A program made the position numbers and the translations under genes. From the NCBI GenBank assembly GCA_965213925.1, contig OZ243927.1:1056001-1120000 (forward strand): a stretch of DNA of 64,000 nucleotides, given 5' to 3'. The stretch is from Trueperaceae bacterium. Its GTDB lineage: Bacteria; Deinococcota; Deinococci; Deinococcales; Trueperaceae. Position 1 is the stretch's first letter; every line of letters starts with the position of its first letter. Under the pieces are notes generated by a model. It was not told the DNA's origin and did not search any database. It saw nothing but the letters and a program-made list of their open reading frames with translations. Below are positions 20,865 through 30,073 of the stretch, piece after piece.

Positions 20865-21592
20865 CGGACGCCGATATCACGTTCGTCGTAGGGCTCACAG
20901 GCGTGGGGAAGAGCACGACCCTAAAGGCACTAGGGCGCTCCGACCTGACGCGCTTGCCCAACCGCCGCGACCTCGCCGACACCATCATCATCCCCGAGAT
21001 GCAGCGCCGAGCGGGTGAACGTGAAGGTCCCGTGACGGACAGGCTCGAGCGCTTCGAACTCACCAAGCGCTACCGGCAGAAACACCCCGGCGGCGTGGTG
21101 CACGCGCTGCAAACCTATCTGGAAGAGACCTCTTTACGTCCACCTTTCCTCTTCGACAACGTGCGCGGCTCCGCCGAGGTGAGGAGCGCGGTTCAGACCT
21201 TTGCACGCTCACGCTTTATCTTCTTGGACGCGCCGAACATGGTCCGGTTGAGGCGGCTCATCGGGCGCGCTGACGCCTTCGACCAGGTGTCCGGCGGGAT
21301 TGCGGCGACGCGGCCCCAAAACACCTCGTTCGCCGAAAAACTCCTCGCGGTCCGCGGCGTCGAACACGTGTTTGACCTCTACGAGGTAGGGCGCTTGGAG
21401 GCGAACGCGGGCGTGGACGACGGAGCCCTGTTAGACGCGGTGCGCATCATCGTGGCGGAACAGCAGAACTACGACGCGGGCGCGGCGCTGGACGACTTGC
21501 GCACCTCTGTAGACGACTCGAGGCTGCTCTACCTGGACACGAGCACGCTGTCCGTGGGCGAGGTCGCGGCGCGAATCGAGGCGTGGCTGTGA
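20861..21592 (+). CDS. Uncharacterised P-loop NTPase/kinase-like protein
   Basis: VVGLTGVGKSTT Walker A; DNVRG and R.RR...R lid-like motifs; ATGA and GTGA coupling to neighbours. Confidence 0.75.
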   Translation: MTDADITFVVGLTGVGKSTTLKALGRSDLTRLPNRRDLADTIIIPEMQRRAGEREGPVTDRLERFELTKRYRQKHPGGVVHALQTYLEETSLRPPFLFDNVRGSAEVRSAVQTFARSRFIFLDAPNMVRLRRLIGRADAFDQVSGGIAATRPQNTSFAEKLLAVRGVEHVFDLYEVGRLEANAGVDDGALLDAVRIIVAEQQNYDAGAALDDLRTSVDDSRLLYLDTSTLSVGEVAARIEAWL

Positions 21593-22665
21593 GGATAACC
21601 GGCGTCAGCACGAAGCCTTTCAGCCTCCCGATGAAGGGGGCGCTGAGTTGGGGCCAAGGGAGCGAGCTTAGAAGGCTCGAGCACGTCCTCGTCAACGTCC
21701 ATGCGAGTGGTGGGGCGAACGATGTGACAGGCACAGCCGAAGCGCCGGTCCGCCCGACGATCTACGGGGAGACGGTGGCGAGCGTGCGGGAGATCGTGGC
21801 GTGGTTGGAGTCTCGCCTCACCGGACTCTCTCTGGACGACGAAGCGGGGCTTTGGGACGCGCTGCACTCGGTTGCGAACAACCACACGGCGCGGGGCGCG
21901 CTCGACATAGCGGTTCACGACGCGCGGGCGAAGGCGAGCGGTCAAACACTGTTCGAGGCGTGGCGCGGCTCGAGCGAAACCGTCCGCGTCAGCTTCATCT
22001 TAGGCATCGCCGATATTGACGTGATGCTAGAGGAGGCGCGGCGGGTTTTCGAGCAGGGCGTGAGCGTCTTCAAGGTTAAGGTTGGGCGCGACAAGCGGTC
22101 GGACGAGCGGATCATTCGGGCTCTACGAGATGAGTTCGTAGGCGAAGAGGTCATCCTCTACGCGGATGCGAACGAAGGGCTGTCACCGGATACAGCGGCG
22201 CGGGATTTGGAGAGGTTGGCAGCACTAGGTGTCGCCTACGTCGAGGAGCCGCTACCCGTCGAATTAGTGGAAGAGCGAGCGAGCTTGCGCGCCACGCAGA
22301 TTCTCCCGATGATCGCCGACGACTCGTGCTTCACATTGCGTGATTTGCATAGGGAGTTGGCGCTAGACACCTTCGACATTTTGAATATTAAACCTGCCCG
22401 GACGGGCTTCAGCGAATCTGCCAAGATGCTGGCGCTCGCCAGAGACGCGGGCAAAAGCGTGATGGTCGGCTCGCAGGCGAGCAGCGGGCTAGGGACGCGG
22501 CACTGCGCGCTCTTCGCGAGCAGCGTGGGTGTCAACTATCCGAGCGAGCTGAGTTTTCCCTTGAAGCTCCAAGAGGACGTGGTGGGGGAGAGGCTCGAGT
22601 TTCGCGGGGGGCGACTCGAGGTCGGCAGCTTGAAAAACTTCACCCTCCGCGCTGAATACCGCTAA
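21589..22665 (+). CDS. Enolase-superfamily (MLE subgroup) epimerase/cycloisomerase
   Basis: KVK, DANE, EEP, DDS, NIK motifs. Confidence 0.88.
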   Translation: MRITGVSTKPFSLPMKGALSWGQGSELRRLEHVLVNVHASGGANDVTGTAEAPVRPTIYGETVASVREIVAWLESRLTGLSLDDEAGLWDALHSVANNHTARGALDIAVHDARAKASGQTLFEAWRGSSETVRVSFILGIADIDVMLEEARRVFEQGVSVFKVKVGRDKRSDERIIRALRDEFVGEEVILYADANEGLSPDTAARDLERLAALGVAYVEEPLPVELVEERASLRATQILPMIADDSCFTLRDLHRELALDTFDILNIKPARTGFSESAKMLALARDAGKSVMVGSQASSGLGTRHCALFASSVGVNYPSELSFPLKLQEDVVGERLEFRGGRLEVGSLKNFTLRAEYR

Positions 22666-22683
22666 ACCTCTACTCATCTACCT

Positions 22684-22832
22684 CAGTATGCTGTCAGCCA
22701 AAAACGAAGTAGGTCATTCTGAGCGGAGCAACGCGGAGCCTCCTTTTGGGAATGAACGATAAAGAATTTCGTCCCTCACTCTCGGCTAGCTGAGAGTGAA
22801 AGACGAGACCCCTCGGCGTAGCTCGGGGTGAC
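22684..22832 (+). repeat. Dispersed repeat family A, copy 2 (core 22713-22832)
   Basis: GTCATTCTGAGCGGAGCAACGCGGAG identical to copy 1; ends CGAGACCC...GGGGTGAC. Confidence 0.8.
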
Positions 22833-22841
22833 GAGTCAGGG

Positions 22842-24116
22842 TTACGACGTACGTCTCATCACCTGTTTTTCCGCTCGCTTCCAGTACGAACTGAAGGAGC
22901 GCAAGGAGGCGTCGACCCTGGCGAACGGCTCGTCTTCGGTGACGGACACGGGGAGGTCGCCGTTCAACCGCTCGAGCGTCCGCCACGTGCCGGGGTGCCA
23001 CGAGCCGGGTGCGGCGAGACTCTCGCGACCTCTTTCCTGGGCGTACGCTCGCACCTCTTCGGCGTCTCCGAACATAAGCTCGACCTCTCGCCCTGCACGG
23101 CGCAACGTCTTCACCACGTCCGCTGCCAAACACACCGCGAAGTGAAGCCGCATGAAGCTCGGCTGTTCGTCTTTGAACCGCGCCGTGTCCAGATAGACCA
23201 AGACGGGCGCGTCCGGTACCTCTTCTAAAACCCTCGCCTCGTCCGACAACCTCTCCGCGTGCAGGAGCACGAGCGGCTTCTCGCCCGCGGGTCTAAGCAG
23301 GTCGGGATGAGGGGCGACAGTTTGCGGCTGCTCCTTAGGACGCTTCTCGTAGCCGCCTTTGCCGTACCCGCTAAAAAACCGCTCGTCCAGTTCCTCGTAA
23401 GAGGCGTTGAAGGGCGCGTCGTCGCACGGTTCATGATTGTACTTGCGCATGTTCTCGCTGTTAAAGTAGTAGGGTTTGGACGAGAACGTGGACGCCACCC
23501 ACTGCCACGAGAGCGCGTTGGGTCCGGGCTCGCCGTCGACGAGGTAGCGGTAGAAAAGCTGCTCGCCGTGCCACCACTCGACGTTCGCGAAGTGCGTGAC
23601 GAACGCCGCGAACCACAAGCGCTGATGGTTGTGCAAGTAGCCCGTGTCTCTGAGTTCGTGGACGATGCGGTCGATGCAGGAAAGCCCGGTTTGACCTCTT
23701 TCGATGTCGGCGGGCATCTCGACCTTTTTCTGGGTGGGGTATTTGTAGGGCTCGAGCGACGTATACACCCTGTCCCCTAACGCTAAAAAGCCCTCCCGGA
23801 AGTACGCCTTCCAGCCGAGTTCCGAGACGAACTTCCCATAGTCCTTGCCCTGCGTGCCTCCCCCCAGCTTCCTGCGGGCATATCGCTGCACCTCGGCGAG
23901 CGTGAAGACGCCCCAGGTGATGTACGGGTTGAGGCGGCTCACGTTGCCGTCCACGTCGTTGCGCGTCCTCGCGTAGCCTCTCGGGTTGAAGCTCGTTAGC
24001 TGCTCTTTTGCGGCCGCTAAGGTCGGGGTGAAAGCGCTCGAGACCCTGACCTCGCCGCTGTAGAAACCTTCGAGCGTCTCCTCGAGCTTGCTTTGTTCGC
24101 CAACATTCAAAATCAT
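22842..24116 (-). CDS. Photolyase with inverted domain order (NewPHL-type)
   Basis: FAD domain first (VSRLNPYITWG, TGYLHNHQRLWFA, DGE...NALSWQWVA), followed by a C-terminal antenna-like domain ending RSFSSYWK. Confidence 0.88.
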   Translation of the reverse strand: MILNVGEQSKLEETLEGFYSGEVRVSSAFTPTLAAAKEQLTSFNPRGYARTRNDVDGNVSRLNPYITWGVFTLAEVQRYARRKLGGGTQGKDYGKFVSELGWKAYFREGFLALGDRVYTSLEPYKYPTQKKVEMPADIERGQTGLSCIDRIVHELRDTGYLHNHQRLWFAAFVTHFANVEWWHGEQLFYRYLVDGEPGPNALSWQWVASTFSSKPYYFNSENMRKYNHEPCDDAPFNASYEELDERFFSGYGKGGYEKRPKEQPQTVAPHPDLLRPAGEKPLVLLHAERLSDEARVLEEVPDAPVLVYLDTARFKDEQPSFMRLHFAVCLAADVVKTLRRAGREVELMFGDAEEVRAYAQERGRESLAAPGSWHPGTWRTLERLNGDLPVSVTEDEPFARVDASLRSFSSYWKRAEKQVMRRTS

Positions 24117-24318
24117 GAATCAAAGTATCAGTGTGAAACGGTCTTGACAGCGAGGATGCGCGCAATGGATTGGGTGACCCAACAGGTTCGGTAATGGGGA
24201 ATGCGCTCCTCGTGTTCCAAATGCGCGCAGCAACCCCGTACACAGCGCGGCGATATGAAAAAATGAGGCTTCGTAACGCTATAGCATAACCGCGTCCCGC
24301 CAGACAAAAGGAGCTTTC

Positions 24319-25401
24319 ATGAAACCTCTTAACCTCCACGAGTACGAAGCGGCAGCTAAAGAAAACCTCTCGCAGATGGCGTTCGACTACTATGTGGGCG
24401 GCTCCGACGACGAGGTGACCCTGCGTGACAACGTCCGCGCGTTCGAGCGCTACCGGCTCAAAAACCGCGTGCTGCGCGACATCAGCGGACGCGACCTCAG
24501 CACGACAGTGTTGGGACAGCAGATTTCGATGCCCGTACTCGTCGCGCCGACCGCGTTTCACCGCATGGCGCACCCCGAGGGTGAGGTTGCGGTGGCGAGA
24601 GCGGCGGGAGAGGTGGGCACGGCGATGATGCTGAGCACGCTCTCGACCTCTTCAATCGAAGAGGTCGCGGACGCCGCGACGGGTCCCATGTGGTTTCAGC
24701 TCTACGTCTATAAAGACCGCGAGGAGACCAAGAACCTCGTGCGCCGCGCGGAGGCGGCGGGCTACAAAGCCATCGTGCTGACCGTAGACGGGCAGGTCTG
24801 GGGCGTGCGCGAACGCGACGTGAAGAACAACTTTCAACTTCCCGACGGGCTGCGCATCAAGAACGTGGTCGGCGCGGACGACTTTCCAGAGACTGAGGGG
24901 TCGGGGCTCGCCGCTTACGTGATGTCGCTCTTCGACCAGACGCTCTCCTGGGAGGATTTGGAGTGGCTCGTAGGCATTACGGACTTGCCGGTGCTCGTCA
25001 AAGGGATTTTGAACCCGGAGGACGCCGTACTCGCCGTCGAGCACGGCGCGGCGGGCGTCGTCGTCTCGAATCATGGCGGCAGACAGCTCGACACCGCGCC
25101 CGCGTCCGTAGATGTGCTCGCCGAAATTGCCGAGAAGGTGGACGGGCGTGTGGACATTATCATGGACGGCGGCGTGCGGCGCGGCACGGACGTACTTAAA
25201 GCGCTCGCTCTGGGCGCGAAAGCCGTGGCGGTCGGACGCCCTATCTTGTGGGGACTCGCGACGGACGGTCAGGCGGGCGTCACGCGCGTGCTGAACATGC
25301 TCAAAGACGAAATCGACCTCTCGCTGGCGCTCTGCGGCGCGACGTCGCCCGGTGAAATCGACAGGTCGCTGATTATGGACGTGCAGCCGTTTCAGCCTTG
25401 A
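24319..25401 (+). CDS. FMN-dependent alpha-hydroxy acid oxidase/dehydrogenase
   Basis: APTA, WFQLY, LTVD, VKG, SNHGGRQLD, DGGVRRG.D. Confidence 0.95.
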   Translation: MKPLNLHEYEAAAKENLSQMAFDYYVGGSDDEVTLRDNVRAFERYRLKNRVLRDISGRDLSTTVLGQQISMPVLVAPTAFHRMAHPEGEVAVARAAGEVGTAMMLSTLSTSSIEEVADAATGPMWFQLYVYKDREETKNLVRRAEAAGYKAIVLTVDGQVWGVRERDVKNNFQLPDGLRIKNVVGADDFPETEGSGLAAYVMSLFDQTLSWEDLEWLVGITDLPVLVKGILNPEDAVLAVEHGAAGVVVSNHGGRQLDTAPASVDVLAEIAEKVDGRVDIIMDGGVRRGTDVLKALALGAKAVAVGRPILWGLATDGQAGVTRVLNMLKDEIDLSLALCGATSPGEIDRSLIMDVQPFQP

Positions 25402-28246
25402 GGTTAGCTGAATCTGAGTCCGACTCGAGCCCAAAAAAATGCAGCGCGAGCGCGTCGGGAAGGGCTAAGGGGCCGTCTAACCCTCTGAGCCAACGCGCCG
25501 CTAAGCTTCCCTGATCCCGCTCGCATAAGACGCGCCCCCAGACGCGCCCGAGTTGAGCGCGAAAGGGCGCGGCGAGCGTGAGCAGGTCATTGACGACCTG
25601 GCACGCCGCCTCGCGCTGGTCTAGGGCGAGGAGGAGTTCGGCGTCGAGGAGTCCTTTCCAGGCGGTGAGTCCGGGGTCGGGCGGCACCTCGCGTACAGCG
25701 GCGAGCGAGGCGGCGGCGGCGGGCGCGTTGCCAGCACGCAGATGCGCCTCCGCCGCCGAAAGGCGCAGTTTGAGCTGTAAGTAGTGACTCGGCAGCTCGA
25801 GCGACGAGAGCAGCGGTAGCGCCTCTTGTGGCGGTAGCGACAGCGACAGCGTGGTCGCGATGTCGAGCGTGAGCGCGGCGTAGCGGTCACTGCGAGGCGC
25901 GAGCGGCGCGACCTCTTCGAAAAGAGGCTGAAGTTGCGCCTGCACCTCTAGCGCAGCGCGTCCCCCCCGAAACGGCGCGCGGTAAGGTTCCCCCGTTTGC
26001 ATGGTCCAATACGCGAGGGCGAGGCGGTGGCGCGTGCGCTGGTGGCGGTAGTGCGCCTCTTCGGGGCGGTGCGAGGCGGCGCGGAAAGTCGCCTCGGCTT
26101 CGCTCGCCAAGCGCAGCGCGTCCCACGAGCGAGCGCGTGCAACCTCCAACATCGCCCATTCTGAAGCGATGCGCGCGCGGCTAAAGGCGTCGGGTGCGCG
26201 GCTCAGTGCGAGCGCGAACTGCTCGCTCGCCGCCTCGTCGCGCCCTAGCTTGCGCAGCGCCGTGCCGAGCCGCGCCCCCACCCTGGCGCGTTCCTCAATA
26301 GGGGCACTCTGCAGGAGGGTCAGCGCTGTCTCGATGTGCCGTGCGCCCGCCTCAGGCTGACCGAGCCGCGTCAACAGCTCGCCCTCTTGGTAGCGGGCAC
26401 GCCCGGTGAGGAGCGGGTTGTGTGTGACCTGTCCCAAACTCGCCAGCGCCTCTTCGAAGCGTCCCGCGTCCTTGGCGACGAGCCCGTGCCAGAGCTGGAC
26501 GCGGTCTTTGAGGAGGGGTGGCACCTCCAGCTCGAGCGCCGCATGAACCGAGCGCTCCGCCCGGTCGTACGCGCCGCGCCAGCGTGAGAGCGCTGCGTGG
26601 ACGAGGTGCGCTTCGGCTTGCGCTTCGTCCCCTAAGGGCGGCAGGTCGTCCATAAGCGCGACCGCTTCACCGAAGTTGCCCGCGTCGATCTGCGCCTCCG
26701 CCATCTTGACCCGCGCCCAGGCGCTGATTTTTGTCGTTCGCGAGGTCGCTAGAAGCGCTAGCGCCGCCCGCGCTTCCGGGTGGAGGTAGTCGCCCAAAAC
26801 CGCGCGGTAGCGCACCACCACGAGGGCGAGCTGCTCCCGCAGTTCGGGCGTCCACACGTCCTGCGGTCCCGTAGCGGCGTTCGCCCACAGGTCGGGGAGG
26901 AGCGCCAAGTGCGACGGGTCGTCTCTGAGCCGGTCCACGAGCACCTGCGCCGCGCCTGCACGTTCGGCGTGATAGAGCGTGCGAAAGGTCGAGCCGCCCC
27001 TGCCGTGGCTAGGCTGTCCGTTGCCGGGTTGCGCGTTCAAGTAGTACTCGAGCGCGAGCCTGTGCACCTCGGTCTGCCCTTCGTCCTCGGGCAAAAGCCC
27101 CCGCAGTGCCGGGCGCACCAGTCCCTCCCCCGCCGTCTCTAAGAGCGCGTGTTCGGCTTGTTTAAGCGCGCTCAGCGGGCGCTCTAAAGCAGCCTCTAAA
27201 AGGGGCACAGGAATGGTGGGGTCAACCGTCGGCGAAAGCGCGGCGAGGACGCGCAAGGTTGGACCCAGACGCGGGTCACGTAGGAGCGCCGCGTCGTCGC
27301 CCCCGGCGCGGCTCAGCTCGAGCAGGCTCAGCCGCGACAGCTCCCCGTAATTACGCCCCGCCTGATTCAAGAGTTCCTCCAACGTTTCCGGCGCAATATC
27401 GGGCAGCCGCTCCTGCACGTAGCGTCGCGCCTCCTCGCGGCTCGGCGGACGCAGGGTCTGGTAAGGGAGCGTGGGCGGCGCGGCGGAGCACGCAGCGAGG
27501 TAAGGAATCTCTAAAGAGGTCAGGAGAGGCTCCAACCACGCCGCGAGCGAAACCTCAGCGCCGTCTTCACCCCGTAGAGGTAGCGTGCTCAGCGTCGCGC
27601 TCGTCTCGGCGCGCAGCAAGAGCGGCTTGCCGAGCGCATTAAGCCCGTCTTTAACGAGTTTACGCACCTCGCGCTGCCGCGCCGCTTGCACCGCGAAGGG
27701 CTGCGCGGGCGAAAGCTGCGCGACGAGGGACTCGAGCCGCGCCGCTTGCGCCACCTCCGCCATGAGCAGCACCAGAGCCGGTACGATGTCCTGCGCCAAA
27801 TTGACGAACACGCTCTCCGGGTACGCCTTACGCACCTGCTCCAAAAGCACGCCTTTGCCCGTCGACGGTCCGCCCACGACGATAAATTGCGGGAGCCCTT
27901 CGGCGAGTTCCCTCATAAACCGCGCAAAAATCACTCTCTTGTCGCGCCCGAGCGCCCGCTTCGCCCGCGCCGCCGTGAGGTCCTCGGGTAAGTCGGGCGG
28001 CGCTAAGCCGACCTCTTCGTACAGTTCGCTCAAAAGCTCGAAGAGCCGCGCTTTCTCCGCCGCCGAGCCCAAGTCTTTATACAAGATATTACGCACCGTG
28101 TTCGCCCGCCCGCCGCGCTCTGAAAGCGCCGCGCCGAGCCAGCGCAAGGAGCCGCGCTGCCCCCGGTGGTCACTCCCGGTGAGGTGTTCGCGCAGGGGTT
28201 CTAGTAGGTCCAACCACGGTGTCTTCGCCACACCCGATTCTGCCAT
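25373..28246 (-). CDS. Large P-loop/TPR protein with N-terminal HTH-like region
   Basis: 957-aa ORF; VVGGPSTGKG Walker A-like; C-terminal TPR-like helices. Confidence 0.7.
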   Translation of the reverse strand: MAESGVAKTPWLDLLEPLREHLTGSDHRGQRGSLRWLGAALSERGGRANTVRNILYKDLGSAAEKARLFELLSELYEEVGLAPPDLPEDLTAARAKRALGRDKRVIFARFMRELAEGLPQFIVVGGPSTGKGVLLEQVRKAYPESVFVNLAQDIVPALVLLMAEVAQAARLESLVAQLSPAQPFAVQAARQREVRKLVKDGLNALGKPLLLRAETSATLSTLPLRGEDGAEVSLAAWLEPLLTSLEIPYLAACSAAPPTLPYQTLRPPSREEARRYVQERLPDIAPETLEELLNQAGRNYGELSRLSLLELSRAGGDDAALLRDPRLGPTLRVLAALSPTVDPTIPVPLLEAALERPLSALKQAEHALLETAGEGLVRPALRGLLPEDEGQTEVHRLALEYYLNAQPGNGQPSHGRGGSTFRTLYHAERAGAAQVLVDRLRDDPSHLALLPDLWANAATGPQDVWTPELREQLALVVVRYRAVLGDYLHPEARAALALLATSRTTKISAWARVKMAEAQIDAGNFGEAVALMDDLPPLGDEAQAEAHLVHAALSRWRGAYDRAERSVHAALELEVPPLLKDRVQLWHGLVAKDAGRFEEALASLGQVTHNPLLTGRARYQEGELLTRLGQPEAGARHIETALTLLQSAPIEERARVGARLGTALRKLGRDEAASEQFALALSRAPDAFSRARIASEWAMLEVARARSWDALRLASEAEATFRAASHRPEEAHYRHQRTRHRLALAYWTMQTGEPYRAPFRGGRAALEVQAQLQPLFEEVAPLAPRSDRYAALTLDIATTLSLSLPPQEALPLLSSLELPSHYLQLKLRLSAAEAHLRAGNAPAAAASLAAVREVPPDPGLTAWKGLLDAELLLALDQREAACQVVNDLLTLAAPFRAQLGRVWGRVLCERDQGSLAARWLRGLDGPLALPDALALHFFGLESDSDSANLKAETAARP

Positions 28247-28321
28247 AGGGTTGATAAGAGGCGGTGTGGTGTACTTTATAAGTGAAGTGAAGAGTTACAC
28301 AGTTATATCATCTGTCTAGGT

Positions 28322-28855
28322 TCACGCGAAACGACATTGCCAACCGCGCTTCTCGACCTTTCGCACGTTGGGCGCATCTTTGAGTTCAGAGAGATATTGT
28401 ATGAGTGCGAGTAACTCTGAGTCGTTAGCATCACCAAACCATTCAGTTATCCTGATGAGATTCCCGTAGTGCCGCTCGAGTTTCTTAGGCGTGTCGTCAA
28501 CCATCAAAGTGCTCTCGAGCCGATACCCTTTGCGTTTAAGCTTCCCTAAATCTTTAACGAAATAATGTTCTAGCTTATCCACATCATAGACCCTTGTACA
28601 CTTCTCCTGGGACCAGAAGAATTCTAAAGGGTAGTCGGAAGAGAAAACCTCTTTCACGACAACTTTCGCGAATCCCATACCCGCAGTTGTCCAGACGGCT
28701 ACAGAGAAATGCTCCCGACAAAACTCCAAGAATTCGGTGATGTAGGGGCGTTTGTAAACATGATAAAGCTCAGTTTCAAAGTCAGCTTGACGTTCCAAAG
28801 GCTCTTCAGTTGCGTGGATAAGCGTTTCATCCAAATCGAGAATAAGAAGTTTCAA
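28322..28855 (-). CDS. FCP1/SCP-like (NIF) HAD phosphatase
   Basis: LILDLDETLIH, KRP, VWT, KDL, VDDTP, N.I.I..W.G...D.EL; AT-richer than its flanks. Confidence 0.9.
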   Translation of the reverse strand: MKLLILDLDETLIHATEEPLERQADFETELYHVYKRPYITEFLEFCREHFSVAVWTTAGMGFAKVVVKEVFSSDYPLEFFWSQEKCTRVYDVDKLEHYFVKDLGKLKRKGYRLESTLMVDDTPKKLERHYGNLIRITEWFGDANDSELLALIQYLSELKDAPNVRKVEKRGWQCRFA

Positions 28856-28867
28856 TGAGCGACCTCG

Positions 28868-29977
28868 TCACTCCCGAAACGGCGGCAGCGCCCGCTCCCC
28901 AAAAACTTGCGCGACGAGCGGGTAAATCTCGTCGGGCTCTAACCCTTCACCCAAGTAGGTCTCGTCGCCGCGCCACAACTCGTAGTGAGGGTGCGCGTCG
29001 TCCCTCGTCCCTGCCACGCCTTCGGACGTGCCCGAGTTGCCCGCGAAGCCCACGGTTTGACCCTGCACGACAACTTGTCCAACTTCTAGGTCAGCGGGAA
29101 TATCGGAGAGGTGCGCGTAGCGCGAGACGAAGCCGCCGGGGTGCGAGAGCCAAACCTGGCGTCCGCGCAGCTTGTCGAGCGTCTCTTGTGGCGTCGTCAG
29201 GCGCGCCGCCGCGTCGTCTAGCAGGGCTTGGAGTTCTTGTGGCGTGAGTTCGGTGTAATCGTGGTCTGCGCGCACCACCACGCCGTCCGCCGTCGCCACG
29301 ATGGGCGTGCCGTAGGTTATGGGCACGCTCACCACGCCGTTGTAGAAGTCGAAGCCTTCGTGGTAGCCGTTGCGGTACGCCCGCCGCGCGCCCGGAAGGT
29401 GCGGCGCGCGCGAGCTGAAGGTTGCGCCCGGCACGGGCGAGATAAAGGCGCTCGGCCACGCCGGGTTGAAGGGGCGGCTGACGAGGTTCTCGAGCAAAAT
29501 ATAGAGCCCTGAACGCCGCATGGTCCCGTTCTCCGTGGCGTAGTCGAGCGCGGTGCGACCTTCGCTATCGGTGAGGGTGGGGTCCGCGCCCGCGTTGAGG
29601 AGCGTGATGGCGGTCGCGGGGATGTCGCTGTCTCTAAGGGCGAGCATGAGCGGCGTGAGCCCGGTGCTCGTCGCCACGTTGACCTCCGCGCCGCGCTGCA
29701 GCAGCTCGGTGAGGATGCCCAAGTTACCTGCTTGCGCGGCGAGCATCAGGGGCGTCATCTCCTCTTCGACCGTGTTCAGGTTCGCCCCTGCTTCTAGGTT
29801 TGCTCTGACGTCCGGCAAGTCCCCCGCTTCGATCGCTTCAAAAAGTTGCGCCGTCGCGACCTCTTCGGGCGACCTGCGGAAATTGTCCGGGCTCAGCACC
29901 TCGAGCTGCCATAGCGCAAGGACGCTCACGCTTAGAAGGGCGAGCATCACTAGAAAGAGGAGAACGCGGTTTCGCAA
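28868..29977 (-). CDS. Ankyrin-repeat + M23 peptidase fusion
   Basis: TPLMLA ankyrin repeats; HEGFD, YAHL, GNSG, HPHYE. Confidence 0.88.
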   Translation of the reverse strand: MRNRVLLFLVMLALLSVSVLALWQLEVLSPDNFRRSPEEVATAQLFEAIEAGDLPDVRANLEAGANLNTVEEEMTPLMLAAQAGNLGILTELLQRGAEVNVATSTGLTPLMLALRDSDIPATAITLLNAGADPTLTDSEGRTALDYATENGTMRRSGLYILLENLVSRPFNPAWPSAFISPVPGATFSSRAPHLPGARRAYRNGYHEGFDFYNGVVSVPITYGTPIVATADGVVVRADHDYTELTPQELQALLDDAAARLTTPQETLDKLRGRQVWLSHPGGFVSRYAHLSDIPADLEVGQVVVQGQTVGFAGNSGTSEGVAGTRDDAHPHYELWRGDETYLGEGLEPDEIYPLVAQVFGERALPPFRE

Positions 29978-30073
29978 GGTATTTATAGTTTACTCCTTTA
30001 CCTGCGTTTTATCGCCCCGGTACCGCTACGCAATCCTTCAACCGTTTCTCATCACGGCGCTATACGTTACCGG

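Noticed and set aside
24273..24290. RDRM/DdrO box near the photolyase
   Set aside because: Imperfect dyad with wrong spacing that overlaps a probable -10 box of the oxidase gene
19506..25434. Long alternative-frame ORFs (19506-20465, 23461-24573, 24652-25434)
   Set aside because: Shadow ORFs of well-supported genes in GC-rich DNA
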